A stretch of DNA of 62,193 nucleotides from a virus (Duplodnaviria > Caudoviricetes), in the IMG/VR virus record IMGVR_UViG_3300027736_000047, positions 1 through 62,193 of that record; one strand, written 5' to 3'. Positions 39,815-49,919 of this stretch are shown here, one piece after another. How positions within the stretch are numbered: position 1 is the first letter of the stretch; each line of letters begins with the position of its first letter. Both the position numbers and the translations under genes were made by a program. The notes under the pieces were generated by a model that saw nothing but the letters and a program-made list of their open reading frames with translations, did not search any database and was not told the origin of the DNA.

Positions 39815-39876
39815 CGATTAATTTTGTACAGTGATACAAAGATCGTTCCGTGCCTCACTACCGAAAGAAGAAATAA

Positions 39877-40539
39877 ATGCCAATAACAAAACCAACAGAG
39901 GCACATTCATCTACGGCTTCATCTATGTTAGATGAAGACAACGAGAATGCAATGCCTAAAGTAGGCACCACAGTTCAACAAGGCTGGGATGCTTTTGATT
40001 CACTTTTAAAGTCAGATAATCAAGGTGATTATCCAATTGACTTTAAATTCTCTGAGGAGCCAGTGCTTGTTAAGTTCCTTGAAGATCAACCATTTGCTTC
40101 ATATGAACAACACTGGATTGAACGCCCAAAGGGTAAAAAATCTTTTGTTTGTCTAGGAACCAACTGTCCACTGTGCGATGTCTTAGGTGACAAACCTCGT
40201 GGAAAGTTTGCTTTTAATGTAGTTGTATTGACTGGTGAAGCACAAGGATTACAAATCTTAACTGCACCACCAACACTTGCTCGTTTGATTCGTAAGGCTC
40301 ATGAAGATGAGCGCAAAGGACCTCTTTCAAAAGAGTTCTGGGAAGTTTCTCGCATGGGAACAGGACCTACAACGAACTTTACCCTCAACTTCGTTCGTGG
40401 TCGTGACCTTGTAGAGGAATGGAAGTTGAACGATGAACTCGTTCAAGAACTTGTAGCAGCCGCTGTTCCTTATACAGCAGAAGTAGTTCGAGAGACCCCT
40501 CGCTCCGAAATGCTAGAAGTTGCTCGTTCTGTAGCGTAA
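39877..40539 (+). CDS. Single-stranded DNA-binding protein (T4 gp32-like)
   Basis: VKFL, QHW, FVC....CPLC, FNVV, VSR.GTG..T; directly before DNA polymerase. Confidence 0.75.
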   Translation: MPITKPTEAHSSTASSMLDEDNENAMPKVGTTVQQGWDAFDSLLKSDNQGDYPIDFKFSEEPVLVKFLEDQPFASYEQHWIERPKGKKSFVCLGTNCPLCDVLGDKPRGKFAFNVVVLTGEAQGLQILTAPPTLARLIRKAHEDERKGPLSKEFWEVSRMGTGPTTNFTLNFVRGRDLVEEWKLNDELVQELVAAAVPYTAEVVRETPRSEMLEVARSVA

Positions 40540-40551
40540 TACGCTTCCACT

Positions 40552-40591
40552 GAGTAGGGGCCTGTTTATTTCCGTTTTCAGGTCCCTATTC
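40552..40591 (+). promoter_or_regulatory. 13-bp stem-loop between SSB and DNA polymerase genes
   Basis: GAGTAGGGGCCTG/CAGGTCCCTATTC with pyrimidine-rich loop. Confidence 0.55.
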
Positions 40592-40611
40592 TCTAACCGA
40601 AAAGAGGGATA

Positions 40612-42612
40612 ATGAACATAGTTACAACAAAAGAACAACTAGAAGAATTAGTTGAGTTTTATTCAAACGTAAATGCATTTGCATTTGACGTTGAAACTGT
40701 GGGTGAAAATAGAATTCAACCCGTAGTTAATGATGTACTTTGGATTTCATTAGCAACTGAGGGTCGTAGTGATGTGATTCCTATGGGACATCCTAATGGA
40801 GAATTTTTACATTGGGATAAAGAGATGCTTCTTAGTGGTCAAAGAAAGTTTGCTGCAGGTAAGACATTAAAAGATGAAGACTATTCAAAAAATCAAGCCA
40901 AATGGAAACCAGTATTTAATTTACCACCAGAGCAGTTACTTCCTGGAGATGTTTTTAAAGCATTAAAACCGTTATTCTTTAGTGACAAATTAAAAATTGG
41001 TCACAATGTTAAGTTTGATTTAAAATCTATAGCAAAGTATTACAGAGGGGTAGTTCCATCTAAGCCTTTCTTTGACACACTTATGGCTGCATTTGTTATA
41101 GACAGTCGTAACCGTATAAGTTTAAATCTTGCTGCTTGTGCTGAAAGAGAACTAAGTGTTAAAGTTGAAAAAGGAGTTGGTGCAGAGGTTGAAGCCCACG
41201 CCTTTAGTGTTGTAGCAAAGTATGCTGGTATTGATGCAGAGGTTACCTGGAATCTTTATAAAACTTTTTATCCAAAATTACAAAATGGATTAAAAAAAGT
41301 TTGGGATTTAGAAATGGATGTGATTGCTGCTTTATGTGATATGGAATTAACTGGAACAACAATAGACGTTGCAGAACTTACTGATTTAAAGATAAGGTTA
41401 GAAAAAGATATAGATGATGCTAAAGCACGAGCATGGAAAATAACTGGCAAACCCTTTGCTATGAACTCTGTAAAAGAAAAACAAGAAGTATTGTTTTCTC
41501 CAAAACCAGAGGGTCGTGGAATTAAACCTAACTTAAAAGTAAAGATTGCTCTTACAGCAAGAGGCCAAGCCGTTGCAGCAACAGACCCCATTAATTTAAC
41601 TATGTATCACTACTCTGTTTCCTCTGATGCTCTTGAATTTTATAGAGCAAAAGATGAATTAGTAGATGCAATTTTAGAATATCAAGACTTAAATAAGTTA
41701 ATGACTACCTATGTAATGCCTTATCTAGGTGGAGAAGTTACCCGTACTACTATGGGTAAGGAAAAAGTTTTTGATAAAAAGAGTTTTTTAATTAATGGAA
41801 GAGTTCATACTAATTTTAAACCTCATGGAGCAGAGACTGGGAGATTTTCTAGTAGCGATCCAAACTTACAAAACATTCCCAGCGAAGGTGAGTATGGAAA
41901 GTTAATACGTAATTTGTTTATTGCACCCAAAGGTCACAAGTTAGTTGTTGCTGATTACTCTCAGATTGAACCTCGTATTATTGCTTCTTTTTCTAACGAT
42001 CCTATTATGGTTAAAAACTATCTAGATGGAGAAGATATATACACCACTATTGGAAACACAATGGGAGTAGATAGAAAGGCTGGCAAAATTCTTGTTCTAT
42101 CTATCGCATATGGTGTTGGTCCTGAAAAAATTGCTCAAAGTATTGGGTGTTCTGTCCCAGATGCTAAAGATTTACTAAATAGATTTTCTGAACAATTTAA
42201 TACTATTGGGAAGTACAGAGCAAGAGTTATTAGACAATGCTTAGCAAAACGTCCAACCCCATACGTTACCACCCTTTATGGCAGAAAACGGTATCTTCCA
42301 GACCTTAAGAGCACAGATAAGGGGTTAAAGGCTAGAGCAGAAAGACAGGCTTTTAATACAATTATTCAAGGATCTGCTGCAGATTTAATGAAATATGCAA
42401 TGGTAAGAGCACACTCCTGTTTTGTTAATGAACCAGGGGCTCAAGTAATTTTGACTGTACACGATGAATTGGTTACAGTTGCTCGTGAAGACATCGCAGA
42501 AGAGGTAGCCGAAGCAATTCGGGAATCAATGGAAGGTATAAAAGTTCCAGAGATTACAGTTCCTCTTATTGCAGATGTAAAAATTGTTAATAAGTGGGGA
42601 GAAGCAAAATGA
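40612..42612 (+). CDS. polA: DNA polymerase family A with 3'-5' exonuclease
   Basis: FDVET, HNVKFD, YAGID exonuclease motifs; TGRFSS.DPNLQNIP, ADYSQIEPR, IQGSAAD, VHDEL. Confidence 0.96.
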   Translation: MNIVTTKEQLEELVEFYSNVNAFAFDVETVGENRIQPVVNDVLWISLATEGRSDVIPMGHPNGEFLHWDKEMLLSGQRKFAAGKTLKDEDYSKNQAKWKPVFNLPPEQLLPGDVFKALKPLFFSDKLKIGHNVKFDLKSIAKYYRGVVPSKPFFDTLMAAFVIDSRNRISLNLAACAERELSVKVEKGVGAEVEAHAFSVVAKYAGIDAEVTWNLYKTFYPKLQNGLKKVWDLEMDVIAALCDMELTGTTIDVAELTDLKIRLEKDIDDAKARAWKITGKPFAMNSVKEKQEVLFSPKPEGRGIKPNLKVKIALTARGQAVAATDPINLTMYHYSVSSDALEFYRAKDELVDAILEYQDLNKLMTTYVMPYLGGEVTRTTMGKEKVFDKKSFLINGRVHTNFKPHGAETGRFSSSDPNLQNIPSEGEYGKLIRNLFIAPKGHKLVVADYSQIEPRIIASFSNDPIMVKNYLDGEDIYTTIGNTMGVDRKAGKILVLSIAYGVGPEKIAQSIGCSVPDAKDLLNRFSEQFNTIGKYRARVIRQCLAKRPTPYVTTLYGRKRYLPDLKSTDKGLKARAERQAFNTIIQGSAADLMKYAMVRAHSCFVNEPGAQVILTVHDELVTVAREDIAEEVAEAIRESMEGIKVPEITVPLIADVKIVNKWGEAK

Positions 42613-42986
42613 GTACTGCAGATTGGTGGGCTAAACAACTTGGAGCACAACCGCAACCCTCACAACAAAGACCTGCTGATATTACAATGCCAGCATCACA
42701 ACAGCCTATGACAAAATTTGAAACATCAGCACCACAACAACCTGTTACAAAAGCACAGAGCGTTAAACAAACGCAGTCTTGTCCAGATTGTGGTTCAACA
42801 AACTATATGTCTCCATCACAGAACGTTGGTCTTAGATGTTATGACTGTGGGTATCCCTTACAACAATCAGGAAGTAAATTTGGTTCTTTAACTGGTGCAA
42901 AAGTTGAGGGGTCTGTTAAACCATCACTTGGTAACGATACCAAAAGCAATTGGAATCCACAGGGAATTATTGGGAGAATTGATTAG
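42609..42986 (+). CDS. Zinc-ribbon protein
   Basis: MSTADWWAK start; CPDC...CYDCGYP. Confidence 0.7.
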   Translation: MSTADWWAKQLGAQPQPSQQRPADITMPASQQPMTKFETSAPQQPVTKAQSVKQTQSCPDCGSTNYMSPSQNVGLRCYDCGYPLQQSGSKFGSLTGAKVEGSVKPSLGNDTKSNWNPQGIIGRID

Positions 42987-44035
42987 TGAATGATGAAGCA
43001 AAAAAGATTGTCGCACAACTCAACAAGAAATTCGGCAATAATGTGGTTGTCCTTGCTTCTGATATTAGGAGCGACCTTATTCCTCGTATTACCTCTGGCA
43101 GCACTACGTTGGATTATGTCCTTGGAGGAGGATTCCCAGGAAACCAATGGAACGAATTAATTGGAGAGCCATCTCACGGTAAAACCGCCGTTGCTTTAAA
43201 AACTATTGCTGCAAATCAAGCCATCAATCCAGAGTATACAACTGTGTGGGTTGCTGCAGAACAATGGGTTCCAGATTATGCAGAGATGTGTGGAGTAGAT
43301 ACTAGCCGTGTTATTGTTATTGAAACCTCTACTATGGAAGAGGCTTATCAATCCGTAATTGAATTTGCTGAATCAAAGTCTGTGGATGCAATTGTTATTG
43401 ATTCACTGCCAGCCCTGTCTCCCGCTCCAGAAATGGAAAAAGATATGAACGAGATGACTATTGGTAAAGGTGCATTACTTACAAATAAATTTTTTAGAGT
43501 AGTTGGTACCGCAATGAAACGAAGTCTTATTGAAGATGAAAGACCTGTTTTAGGTTTAATTATTAATCAGTATCGCATGAAGATCGGTGTCATGCATGGC
43601 GACCCAAGGACTACACCAGGTGGTGAAGGAAAGAACTACGCCTTCTTTACTCGGTGTGAAATTCGTAGAGATGAATGGATTGAAGTAGGTAGCGGCACTA
43701 ACAAAGTACGTATAGGACAAAGAATTAAAGTAAGAACATTAAAAAATAAAACTGCACCACCACAAAGAGTTGCTTATTTTGATTTTTATTTTGCTAATGG
43801 TGGACTTTGTTTACCTGGCGAGTACGATTTTGCAAAAGAGATTGCCTCTCTTGCAGTTGTAAAAGATATTATTCAACGTAAAGGTGGGTGGTATTATTAT
43901 GGAGAAAGAAAATGGCAAGGAATTGAACCAGTCATTGATAGTATCCGTGCAGAAATTGATCTCAAGGAAGAACTACAAAAGATTGTCCTTAATTCCTCCG
44001 ATGTACCGATGGCTGGAGATTCTAACAATGATTGA
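42986..44035 (+). CDS. recA: RecA/UvsX recombinase
   Basis: GEPSHGKT, IVIDSL, INQYRMKIGVMHGDP.TTPGG, KNKTAPP. Confidence 0.95.
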   Translation: MNDEAKKIVAQLNKKFGNNVVVLASDIRSDLIPRITSGSTTLDYVLGGGFPGNQWNELIGEPSHGKTAVALKTIAANQAINPEYTTVWVAAEQWVPDYAEMCGVDTSRVIVIETSTMEEAYQSVIEFAESKSVDAIVIDSLPALSPAPEMEKDMNEMTIGKGALLTNKFFRVVGTAMKRSLIEDERPVLGLIINQYRMKIGVMHGDPRTTPGGEGKNYAFFTRCEIRRDEWIEVGSGTNKVRIGQRIKVRTLKNKTAPPQRVAYFDFYFANGGLCLPGEYDFAKEIASLAVVKDIIQRKGGWYYYGERKWQGIEPVIDSIRAEIDLKEELQKIVLNSSDVPMAGDSNND

Positions 44036-44276
44036 AAATAAAAAGTTTATAGTTAATGATACTGATTGGGCACACACACTTGAAAAAGGTGTAGAAGATT
44101 ACACCGACATGTTGTTTGAAGCCGTGTGGGAAGGAAGTGATGATGTAGTTCCAGAAACACTTTCTGGAGAATTATTCTGCGGTTGTAGTCAGTGCTTCTG
44201 GCGTGAAACATTTTTCTATCTTGTTCCTCATTTGCTGGAGGGCTATGAGAACGGCAAGATAGAACTTGAAGACTAA
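44028..44276 (+). CDS. Hypothetical protein with CGC..C motif
   Basis: GGAG RBS; FCGCSQCFWRE. Confidence 0.6.
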   Translation: MIENKKFIVNDTDWAHTLEKGVEDYTDMLFEAVWEGSDDVVPETLSGELFCGCSQCFWRETFFYLVPHLLEGYENGKIELED

Positions 44277-44583
44277 AGGACAAAAAGAATCTCAGAAGCA
44301 CGAGAAAAGACTCGCTAAAAAAATTGGCGGTTCTCGTAACGCAGCATCTGGGGCTCTTTGGTCAAGAAAGGGTGATGTACGATCAGCCGACCTGCTGATT
44401 GAACATAAGTGGACTGGTAAAAAACAGACTACAATAAAATCCGATGTCTTAAAGAAAATAGTAAGAGAGGCAATACTTGATGGAAGAATGCCAGTACTCG
44501 GTATCCATCTTGATGGGAAGAATTACGTGATTCTTCTTGAAGACGACTTCATGGAAATGCGAGACAAGATCAAGGATGCCTAA
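44266..44583 (+). CDS. PD-(D/E)xK nuclease, Holliday junction resolvase-like
   Basis: HEKR.A, SGA, KGDV, LIEHK. Confidence 0.75.
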   Translation: MKTKGQKESQKHEKRLAKKIGGSRNAASGALWSRKGDVRSADLLIEHKWTGKKQTTIKSDVLKKIVREAILDGRMPVLGIHLDGKNYVILLEDDFMEMRDKIKDA

Positions 44584-44586
44584 CAC

Positions 44587-44910
44587 ATGGACGAACCAGA
44601 ATACTCCTGGAGATATAAAGCAAGATGCTCAGGTCAAGATACCGACATCTTCTACCCTCCTCGTGATAAAGAACAGTACAAAACAATTGCTGATCAAGCC
44701 AAGTCATTCTGTCTTGGTGATACAGGAAAGAACCACTGTCCAGTACGTGCCGAATGTTTATGGGACGCAGTCAAAAGAGATGAGCCACACGGGATCTGGG
44801 GTGGGTTAAGCCACAGAGAACGTAATGCCTTAATGCGAAAGTGGCAAAAGAGTTACAAAAAGAAACTGTCCCTAAAAGAATTTATTTTCAGTAAAGACAA
44901 GGAATACTAA
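44587..44910 (+). CDS. whiB: WhiB-family transcription factor
   Basis: W...A.C, AKSFC, CPVRAECL, GIWGGLS..ER. Confidence 0.93.
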   Translation: MDEPEYSWRYKARCSGQDTDIFYPPRDKEQYKTIADQAKSFCLGDTGKNHCPVRAECLWDAVKRDEPHGIWGGLSHRERNALMRKWQKSYKKKLSLKEFIFSKDKEY

Positions 44911-45738
44911 ATGGTACAGAAGACAGAGTTACAGAAGTTCTTAGATACCAAGAAGGCTGATACACGTCTTATAGGTGAGATAGAGCGTCACCTAATGAGA
45001 CAACCAGAGTCAGACCGACGCACCGATGTACTGCACCCCTCAGAGATGATTAAGGGTGATTGGTGTCATAAGTATTCCTATTACCTATTAAAGGGTGGTA
45101 AATCAAAGAAAGAAAAACCTAACCTTCGTCTTCAGAATATCTTTGATGAGGGTCATTACATCCATGCCAAGTGGCAGAATCGATTATCAGATATGGGTGT
45201 GCTTTTTGGCCGTTGGGAGGGTCTAACTGGAAGTGGTTGGGATGTCTCTTCTAATGTAGATACAGATATACATGACTATCAAGAGGTACCCCTCGTTCAT
45301 GAGCCACTTCGTATTCATGGTCACGCAGATGGTTGGGTTAAGGGATTGGGAGATGACTGCTTGATAGAAATTAAATCAATTGGTGCTGGCACTCTGCGGT
45401 TTGAGTCTCCAGAACTTTTGTACGAGGCCGATGGTGATGTAACTAAGGCGTGGAAGAATATCCGTCGTCCATTTCGTAGCCACTTACTTCAAGGGCAGAT
45501 GTATTTGGAATTGGCTAAACGGCAATTTGGAGAAGAAGCCCCTGATGAAATAGTTTTTATTTATGAATTAAAAGCAGATCAAGATTACAAAGAGTTCACA
45601 GTTAAAGCGGACTATGAAATTGTTGAAAGAATCTTTTTGGCTGCTAAAAAAGTTGTTGATGCTGTTGAAGCAGGTGCAATGCCAGAGTGTAATATTTCAC
45701 CTAAAGGATGTAAGTCCTGTTTTTCAGTAGGAGAGTAA
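44911..45738 (+). CDS. Cas4-like/RecB-family exonuclease
   Basis: HPSE...WC, G..IH, GHADG, IEIKS, Q...Y, C-terminal C......C..C. Confidence 0.85.
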   Translation: MVQKTELQKFLDTKKADTRLIGEIERHLMRQPESDRRTDVLHPSEMIKGDWCHKYSYYLLKGGKSKKEKPNLRLQNIFDEGHYIHAKWQNRLSDMGVLFGRWEGLTGSGWDVSSNVDTDIHDYQEVPLVHEPLRIHGHADGWVKGLGDDCLIEIKSIGAGTLRFESPELLYEADGDVTKAWKNIRRPFRSHLLQGQMYLELAKRQFGEEAPDEIVFIYELKADQDYKEFTVKADYEIVERIFLAAKKVVDAVEAGAMPECNISPKGCKSCFSVGE

Positions 45739-46202
45739 TGAACGAGATAGATGTGTTAATGAATAGGGGTCTTGCCCTTCCTAAACCACAGTACGAACAA
45801 GCAGTGCTACCCCCAGATATCACCGACCTTAGTAGCGAAGATTTGGCTGTGATGTTTACCACACTTACTGGATGGGCCGATTACTTTGCTTCACAGTTAG
45901 TGCAGGCTCAACTGCGTGAGCGTGAGGCTCAGAGAGCCTTAGACCTGGCTGAGAATAAGTTACTTATAACTAAAATGGGAACAGCCTCTAAAGGCTCAAC
46001 GGTAAGTTTAGCCAAGGCTCAAATTGCAACCGATCCAGAAATTCTTAAATTAGGAGATACCAATGAGGAACGGTATGCTTATCGTAAGATCTTAGAGATG
46101 ATGCTTTCAAATCAAGAACGAGACATCACTTTAGTTTCGAGGGAAATAACACGGAGAACAAACGAGTCCCGAATGGGACGGAGGGATACATTCATAACAT
46201 GA
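45738..46202 (+). CDS. Helical protein, possible UvsY-like recombination mediator
   Basis: Coiled coil ending SREITRR; recombination context. Confidence 0.45.
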   Translation: MNEIDVLMNRGLALPKPQYEQAVLPPDITDLSSEDLAVMFTTLTGWADYFASQLVQAQLREREAQRALDLAENKLLITKMGTASKGSTVSLAKAQIATDPEILKLGDTNEERYAYRKILEMMLSNQERDITLVSREITRRTNESRMGRRDTFIT

Positions 46203-46894
46203 AAAAAATAATCAATATCTTATTAGCCACACTTTTAGTAACTGGTGTGTCAACAATATCTGCACATGCAGATGAAAATCAAGCAACTTATGCTGTTGTT
46301 AATTCTGCTGGAGTTGTAACAAATATTATTGTTTGTGGTCCTGCAGTATGTGGACCTAATGGTTCTTGGAATGGGACAATGCCAAGTGATACACCTTGGG
46401 CTGGTCAAAAACTAGTACTTCAAGTTCCTGTAAATACAGTTACTGGACAAAGTCAGGGCGGTTATCTTGGTACTCCAAGTAATCCAGTTACCTATAATTC
46501 ACAAACGCAGGTGTTTGCTCAAGGTTCCGCAAGTACACCCATGACAGTAACAAAAATTGAAACTGTTGATAATGCAACTGTTTTAGCAACAATTCAATCT
46601 AACACAGTTACATTTGGTCCTAATAACGTTGTAAATAATCAAATGCAATTTACTCCTGTAGTAACGCCAACTACTGGAGCAATCATCTCTGCAACTCAAA
46701 CAACTGGTGAAACTCGTACAGTTACGAGTGAAACTGGGGTTGTAACAACTGAACTTGTTGTAACTACTGAAAACCAATCTTTTACAGCACCGCAAACTCG
46801 TGACCAAATTGCAGTGGCTGTACAAGAGAAGTCTTTACTGCAACGACGCTTAGACAGAATATACGTAATGCTTAGAGGTTGGGTTCTTGACTAA
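46199..46894 (+). CDS. Secreted protein with signal peptide
   Basis: MKK + hydrophobic core + AHA cleavage site; T/V-rich beta body. Confidence 0.7.
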   Translation: MKKIINILLATLLVTGVSTISAHADENQATYAVVNSAGVVTNIIVCGPAVCGPNGSWNGTMPSDTPWAGQKLVLQVPVNTVTGQSQGGYLGTPSNPVTYNSQTQVFAQGSASTPMTVTKIETVDNATVLATIQSNTVTFGPNNVVNNQMQFTPVVTPTTGAIISATQTTGETRTVTSETGVVTTELVVTTENQSFTAPQTRDQIAVAVQEKSLLQRRLDRIYVMLRGWVLD

Positions 46895-46898
46895 TAAT

Positions 46899-47183
46899 AT
46901 GGATGAATCTGTTCTTGAAGAAGCACAGAGACTGATAACGGGTGATCGTAATAAGTCTTACGACCACCCGTTAGACAATTTTAATCGCATTGCTAAAGGT
47001 TGGGAAGTTATTTTTGGTACAGATGTAACAGAGGAACAAGTTGGATTAGCAATGGCTTGGGTAAAAATTTGTCGTGAAGTTTATCAACAAAAAAGAGACA
47101 ACCTAGTTGATGGGGCGGGTTATCTAGGGACTGTGCAAATGGTCATAGATGAAAGAGAACGCCGTGCCAACAAAAGCGATTGA
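46899..47183 (+). CDS. DUF6378-like protein
   Basis: VLEEA..LI.GDR...Y..P..NF.RIA..W...K..R......DN.VD.AGY. Confidence 0.85.
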   Translation: MDESVLEEAQRLITGDRNKSYDHPLDNFNRIAKGWEVIFGTDVTEEQVGLAMAWVKICREVYQQKRDNLVDGAGYLGTVQMVIDERERRANKSD

Positions 47184-47751
47184 TGGAAAGTTACCACAAA
47201 ACTGTAGCGTAACAATAGGAATAGATCAATCACTGACTGGATTTGCTTTAACTGCACTTCAGTTTGATGATCCAACAAAATATATGACTTGGGTTTATAA
47301 ATCCCCTTACTTTGGTATTGAAAGATTGGCTGATATTAGGCAATGGTTAATTGATCATTTTAATTATTTAAAAGAAAACAAAAACATAATTTTAGATTTG
47401 GCAATGGAAGGAACCGTACTCGCTAGTCATGCAGCCCTTGTTTTAGGAGAGTTATCGGCTGCAGTTAGATTAACTATCTTTGATTATTTTGAAGAAGGTG
47501 ATCCTAGAAGATACCCCTTAAAAGTTCCTCCTATGACCCTTAAAAAATTTGCAGCAGGCAAAGGAAACGCCAAAAAACAAGAGATGTTGCTACAAATATA
47601 CAAGCGATGGGGCATAGAGTTTAATGATGATAATGCTGCAGATTCTTACGCTCTTGCAAGGCTCTTAGGAAAAAACTTCTATAACGAGGTTGAGAAGGCA
47701 GTTGCCGAACAAATGAAAGATTCTAAATACAGAGACCAACCTCGTCTTTAG
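47149..47751 (+). CDS. RuvC-like Holliday junction resolvase
   Basis: IGIDQSLTG, AMEG, LKKFAAGKGNAKK, DNAADS. Confidence 0.85.
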   Translation: MKENAVPTKAIDGKLPQNCSVTIGIDQSLTGFALTALQFDDPTKYMTWVYKSPYFGIERLADIRQWLIDHFNYLKENKNIILDLAMEGTVLASHAALVLGELSAAVRLTIFDYFEEGDPRRYPLKVPPMTLKKFAAGKGNAKKQEMLLQIYKRWGIEFNDDNAADSYALARLLGKNFYNEVEKAVAEQMKDSKYRDQPRL

Positions 47752-47804
47752 CCTTACCCTTTATGCTAGGAGCGGCACATCAACTCGAACCAAAGGACTA
47801 ACAA

Positions 47805-48098
47805 TTGAATACAGAATCCGTAGCACTTCCTGCTGAAGAACCCTTTTTAAGAGTAAGCGCAAGTTCAAATCCTCAGAGCGTTGCATCAGCAATAGCCCAC
47901 GCAATTTATGATAAACACGAAGTTAAGTTACGTGCTGTCGGTGCTGGAGCGGTAAACCAAGCGGTTAAGGCAATTGCAATTTCTCGTGGCTATGTAGCCC
48001 CTAGAGGTTTAGATTTAACCTGTAAACCTGGATTTACAACCATTCAAAGCCGTGACGGAGAAATTTCCGCCATTGTATTCGCCATTACAGCAAGTTAA
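47805..48098 (+). CDS. spoVS: SpoVS-family (Alba-like) protein
   Basis: LRVSASSNPQSVASAIA...AVGAGAVNQAVKAIAISRGYVAP.G.DL...PGF. Confidence 0.9.
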   Translation: MNTESVALPAEEPFLRVSASSNPQSVASAIAHAIYDKHEVKLRAVGAGAVNQAVKAIAISRGYVAPRGLDLTCKPGFTTIQSRDGEISAIVFAITAS

Positions 48099-48135
48099 AA
48101 AAGACCTATCCTTAGACATACCGTAAGGAGTAACT

Positions 48136-48552
48136 ATGGCAACTTGGACATCATTAGGTCACGCAATGCGTCGTCGCATGGGTGCACCTTCAAACCATCT
48201 AGAGTCAGCAGGTAAAAAAATGAGTAAAGAATTATCACCAGAACAGGTAGTTGCATCTGGAGCCCGTGCTTACATGGGTAGCGATGCTTATAAGTTTAAC
48301 AATGCAAGTGGAACTCCTGCTGTTGGCAAACTAATGCCAAAAAAGAGTACACAAGCAGCAGATCCAACAATTAATAATAAAGCAAATCGTACAAACATTG
48401 AACGTGCTGGTGCTCAATATCGCATCACTGCAAAAATGCCAGCGCAAACTTCTCCAGAAGCAGGCGCAACAATGATGAATGCACGCACAATCCCCTCTGT
48501 TGTTGGACGTCAAAATCCTAACTTCCAAGGTGGAATGGGCGACTCTTACTAA
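48136..48552 (+). CDS. Hypothetical low-complexity basic protein
   Basis: AAGGAG RBS; TATCCT -10 upstream. Confidence 0.65.
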   Translation: MATWTSLGHAMRRRMGAPSNHLESAGKKMSKELSPEQVVASGARAYMGSDAYKFNNASGTPAVGKLMPKKSTQAADPTINNKANRTNIERAGAQYRITAKMPAQTSPEAGATMMNARTIPSVVGRQNPNFQGGMGDSY

Positions 48553-48553
48553 T

Positions 48554-48817
48554 ATGCCATTGTCGAATTCACAATTCGGCGGTAGCAGTACGTACTCTTC
48601 AATGGCAGATACGCCAGATGTAGAAGCGCCGCTTTCATTAAGTTCAAAGACAATGGGTTCTACTGCGGCTGCAACTGCATGGAGAAATAGATCATTAAAT
48701 AAAGGTAATCCATTATCTCTATCAAATAAAACAATGGGCACTACATTTAATTGGGATGATACTTCTGCTCCTTCATCAGTTCCTCAATCTGATAGAGGTG
48801 CTGGAAGAAATGCTTAG
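48554..48817 (+). CDS. Hypothetical S/T-rich protein (MPLSNSQF...)
   Basis: ATG 1 nt after previous stop. Confidence 0.6.
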   Translation: MPLSNSQFGGSSTYSSMADTPDVEAPLSLSSKTMGSTAAATAWRNRSLNKGNPLSLSNKTMGTTFNWDDTSAPSSVPQSDRGAGRNA

Positions 48818-49385
48818 CAATGAACAATTTGCTGAATTAGCCAATAAAGGCGGAGCCAGTCGTAGTTTTTCTACATTTGAAACGCCAAAGGGTCCAGGAG
48901 TTATGGTTTCTATTCCTGGAAAAGAAAAAATTACAGACGCACCATTAACTTCAGATCAAGCAAATAGATTTAGAAAAGACCACGAAATATCTGCAACCAG
49001 TGATACCTATCAGGGTGCGTGGAAAAGTGGTAATAAAATTTTTCAAGATGTAAGTAAAAAACACACAAATCTTCCAGAGGCTCGTGCTGCTGGAGAAAAA
49101 AATAAACAAATTGCTGGTTATGATTTAGGTGGAACAGATAAACGTCGTATGGGTGGAGGAGACGTTTATTTTGGTCGTAAAGTTCCTGGTGTTGAATCTA
49201 ATCCAGAGTTTGTAGCAAGTGCACATGCAACCAGTGAAGTAGAAAGAATGTCGCCAAAACCAAAGGCTCAAGAATTTGCAGAACAAGCACAGATAAGCCG
49301 TGGTGCTACATATAAAGGAAAAAAGATTTCGGTAAATGAAGTGTATGGAACAATTGCAAAAAACCGTAGAAACAGAGGCGTCTAA
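48810..49385 (+). CDS. Hypothetical protein (MLSNEQF...)
   Basis: GAW......DVS......A...G..NKQ.A.YDL, a pattern seen in other phage proteins. Confidence 0.65.
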   Translation: MLSNEQFAELANKGGASRSFSTFETPKGPGVMVSIPGKEKITDAPLTSDQANRFRKDHEISATSDTYQGAWKSGNKIFQDVSKKHTNLPEARAAGEKNKQIAGYDLGGTDKRRMGGGDVYFGRKVPGVESNPEFVASAHATSEVERMSPKPKAQEFAEQAQISRGATYKGKKISVNEVYGTIAKNRRNRGV

Positions 49386-49918
49386 TGGCTGGCGGTTATA
49401 ATAACTTTTCACCGTCACAAAACTGGCAATCACTTGGTGGCGGAGGTCTTTACGGCTATAACAACCAGAGTGGTGCAGGAACCCCTATAGCACGTAGTGC
49501 AATTGATGAATCCCGTATGGGTATAGGTCGCATTCCTTCTGCAGAATATCCTGATGGTTATTTAGGAACAATCCGTTCTCGTCGTGATGATCGACTATTA
49601 GATTCAATTAAGAACCGTGTAAATCAAAAAGCATATCAGCGTGGTGTTCACAAAGGTGAACGCATTGAACCCTCTATGTATTACTGGCCAGAGGGTATGG
49701 ATCCATTGATGGGCATTACTCGTCAAATGAAAGCCGTTCCAACAAACGATAATGGTGCAATAACTTATATGATTCCTAAAAACGCACCTCAGACTCAATT
49801 AACTCCTGCTCCACACCTAGTTAATGATGGTAAAGCAAATACTGTTGCTGATCAACCTGGACAAATTGATGCACGTCGTAAAGCAATGCTTGCTTACTTA
49901 AGACCAGCGTGGTCATAG
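49385..49918 (+). CDS. Hypothetical protein
   Basis: P.AEYPDGYLGTI.SRR.DRL...Y.RGVHKGERI; coupled. Confidence 0.7.
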   Translation: MAGGYNNFSPSQNWQSLGGGGLYGYNNQSGAGTPIARSAIDESRMGIGRIPSAEYPDGYLGTIRSRRDDRLLDSIKNRVNQKAYQRGVHKGERIEPSMYYWPEGMDPLMGITRQMKAVPTNDNGAITYMIPKNAPQTQLTPAPHLVNDGKANTVADQPGQIDARRKAMLAYLRPAWS

Positions 49919-49919
49919 A

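Noticed and set aside
44911-45738. Cas4-like gene as part of a CRISPR-Cas system
   Set aside because: No cas1/cas2 or array; solo Cas4-like exonucleases are common in phage recombination modules
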